Virus record (IMG/VR): IMGVR_UViG_3300037470_001039
Location: 31,572-95,571 of that record
Origin: a virus
DNA: 64,000 bases
Strand: one strand, 5' to 3'
Both the position numbers and the translations under genes were made by a program. Shown here in pieces: positions 63,962 to 64,000 of this stretch. The notes under the pieces were generated by a model. The model saw only the letters and a program-made list of their open reading frames with translations. It ran no database searches and was not told where the DNA came from. Within the stretch, counting starts at the first letter, position 1. Each line of letters opens with the position of its first letter.

Positions 63962-64000
63962 CCTTCGCCAGACGTGGGATGTCCGGCGTCGTGCCACGCC

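Noticed and set aside
1-64000. Genome-wide TAG or TGA reassignment
   Set aside because: Long genes are intact under code 11, and many end in TAG or TGA at sensible, coupled positions.

Overview
This window reads as part of a large, high-GC (jumbo-type) phage or prophage. The host is probably a myxobacterium, judged from a myxobacterial-style Ser/Thr kinase, vWA lipoprotein, VgrG and Rhs. From 1 to 38.2 kb the + strand carries a tightly coupled replication and DNA-modification block: a GroEL-like chaperonin, a SNF2 helicase with two inteins, several DNA methyltransferase genes or modules, a degenerate DnaC-like loader, DnaB with an intein, a primase zinc finger, a deleted NAD ligase and a family A polymerase with an intein. 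From 38.2 to 63 kb most genes are on the - strand: a deleted release factor retaining a prfB-type frameshift signal, a LAGLIDADG endonuclease, about 17 tRNA or tRNA-like genes, RNase Z, a ThiF protein and a macro-domain protein. Inserted among these are a vanadium haloperoxidase, a circularly permuted tRNA-like (Y RNA-like) element and a VgrG / Ser-Thr kinase / Rhs toxin / immunity cassette. Many homopolymer frameshifts, internal deletions and short tandem duplications point to assembly error or to decay of a defective element, so claims about broken genes need read-level checks. All calls come from motif reading by eye; no searches were run.
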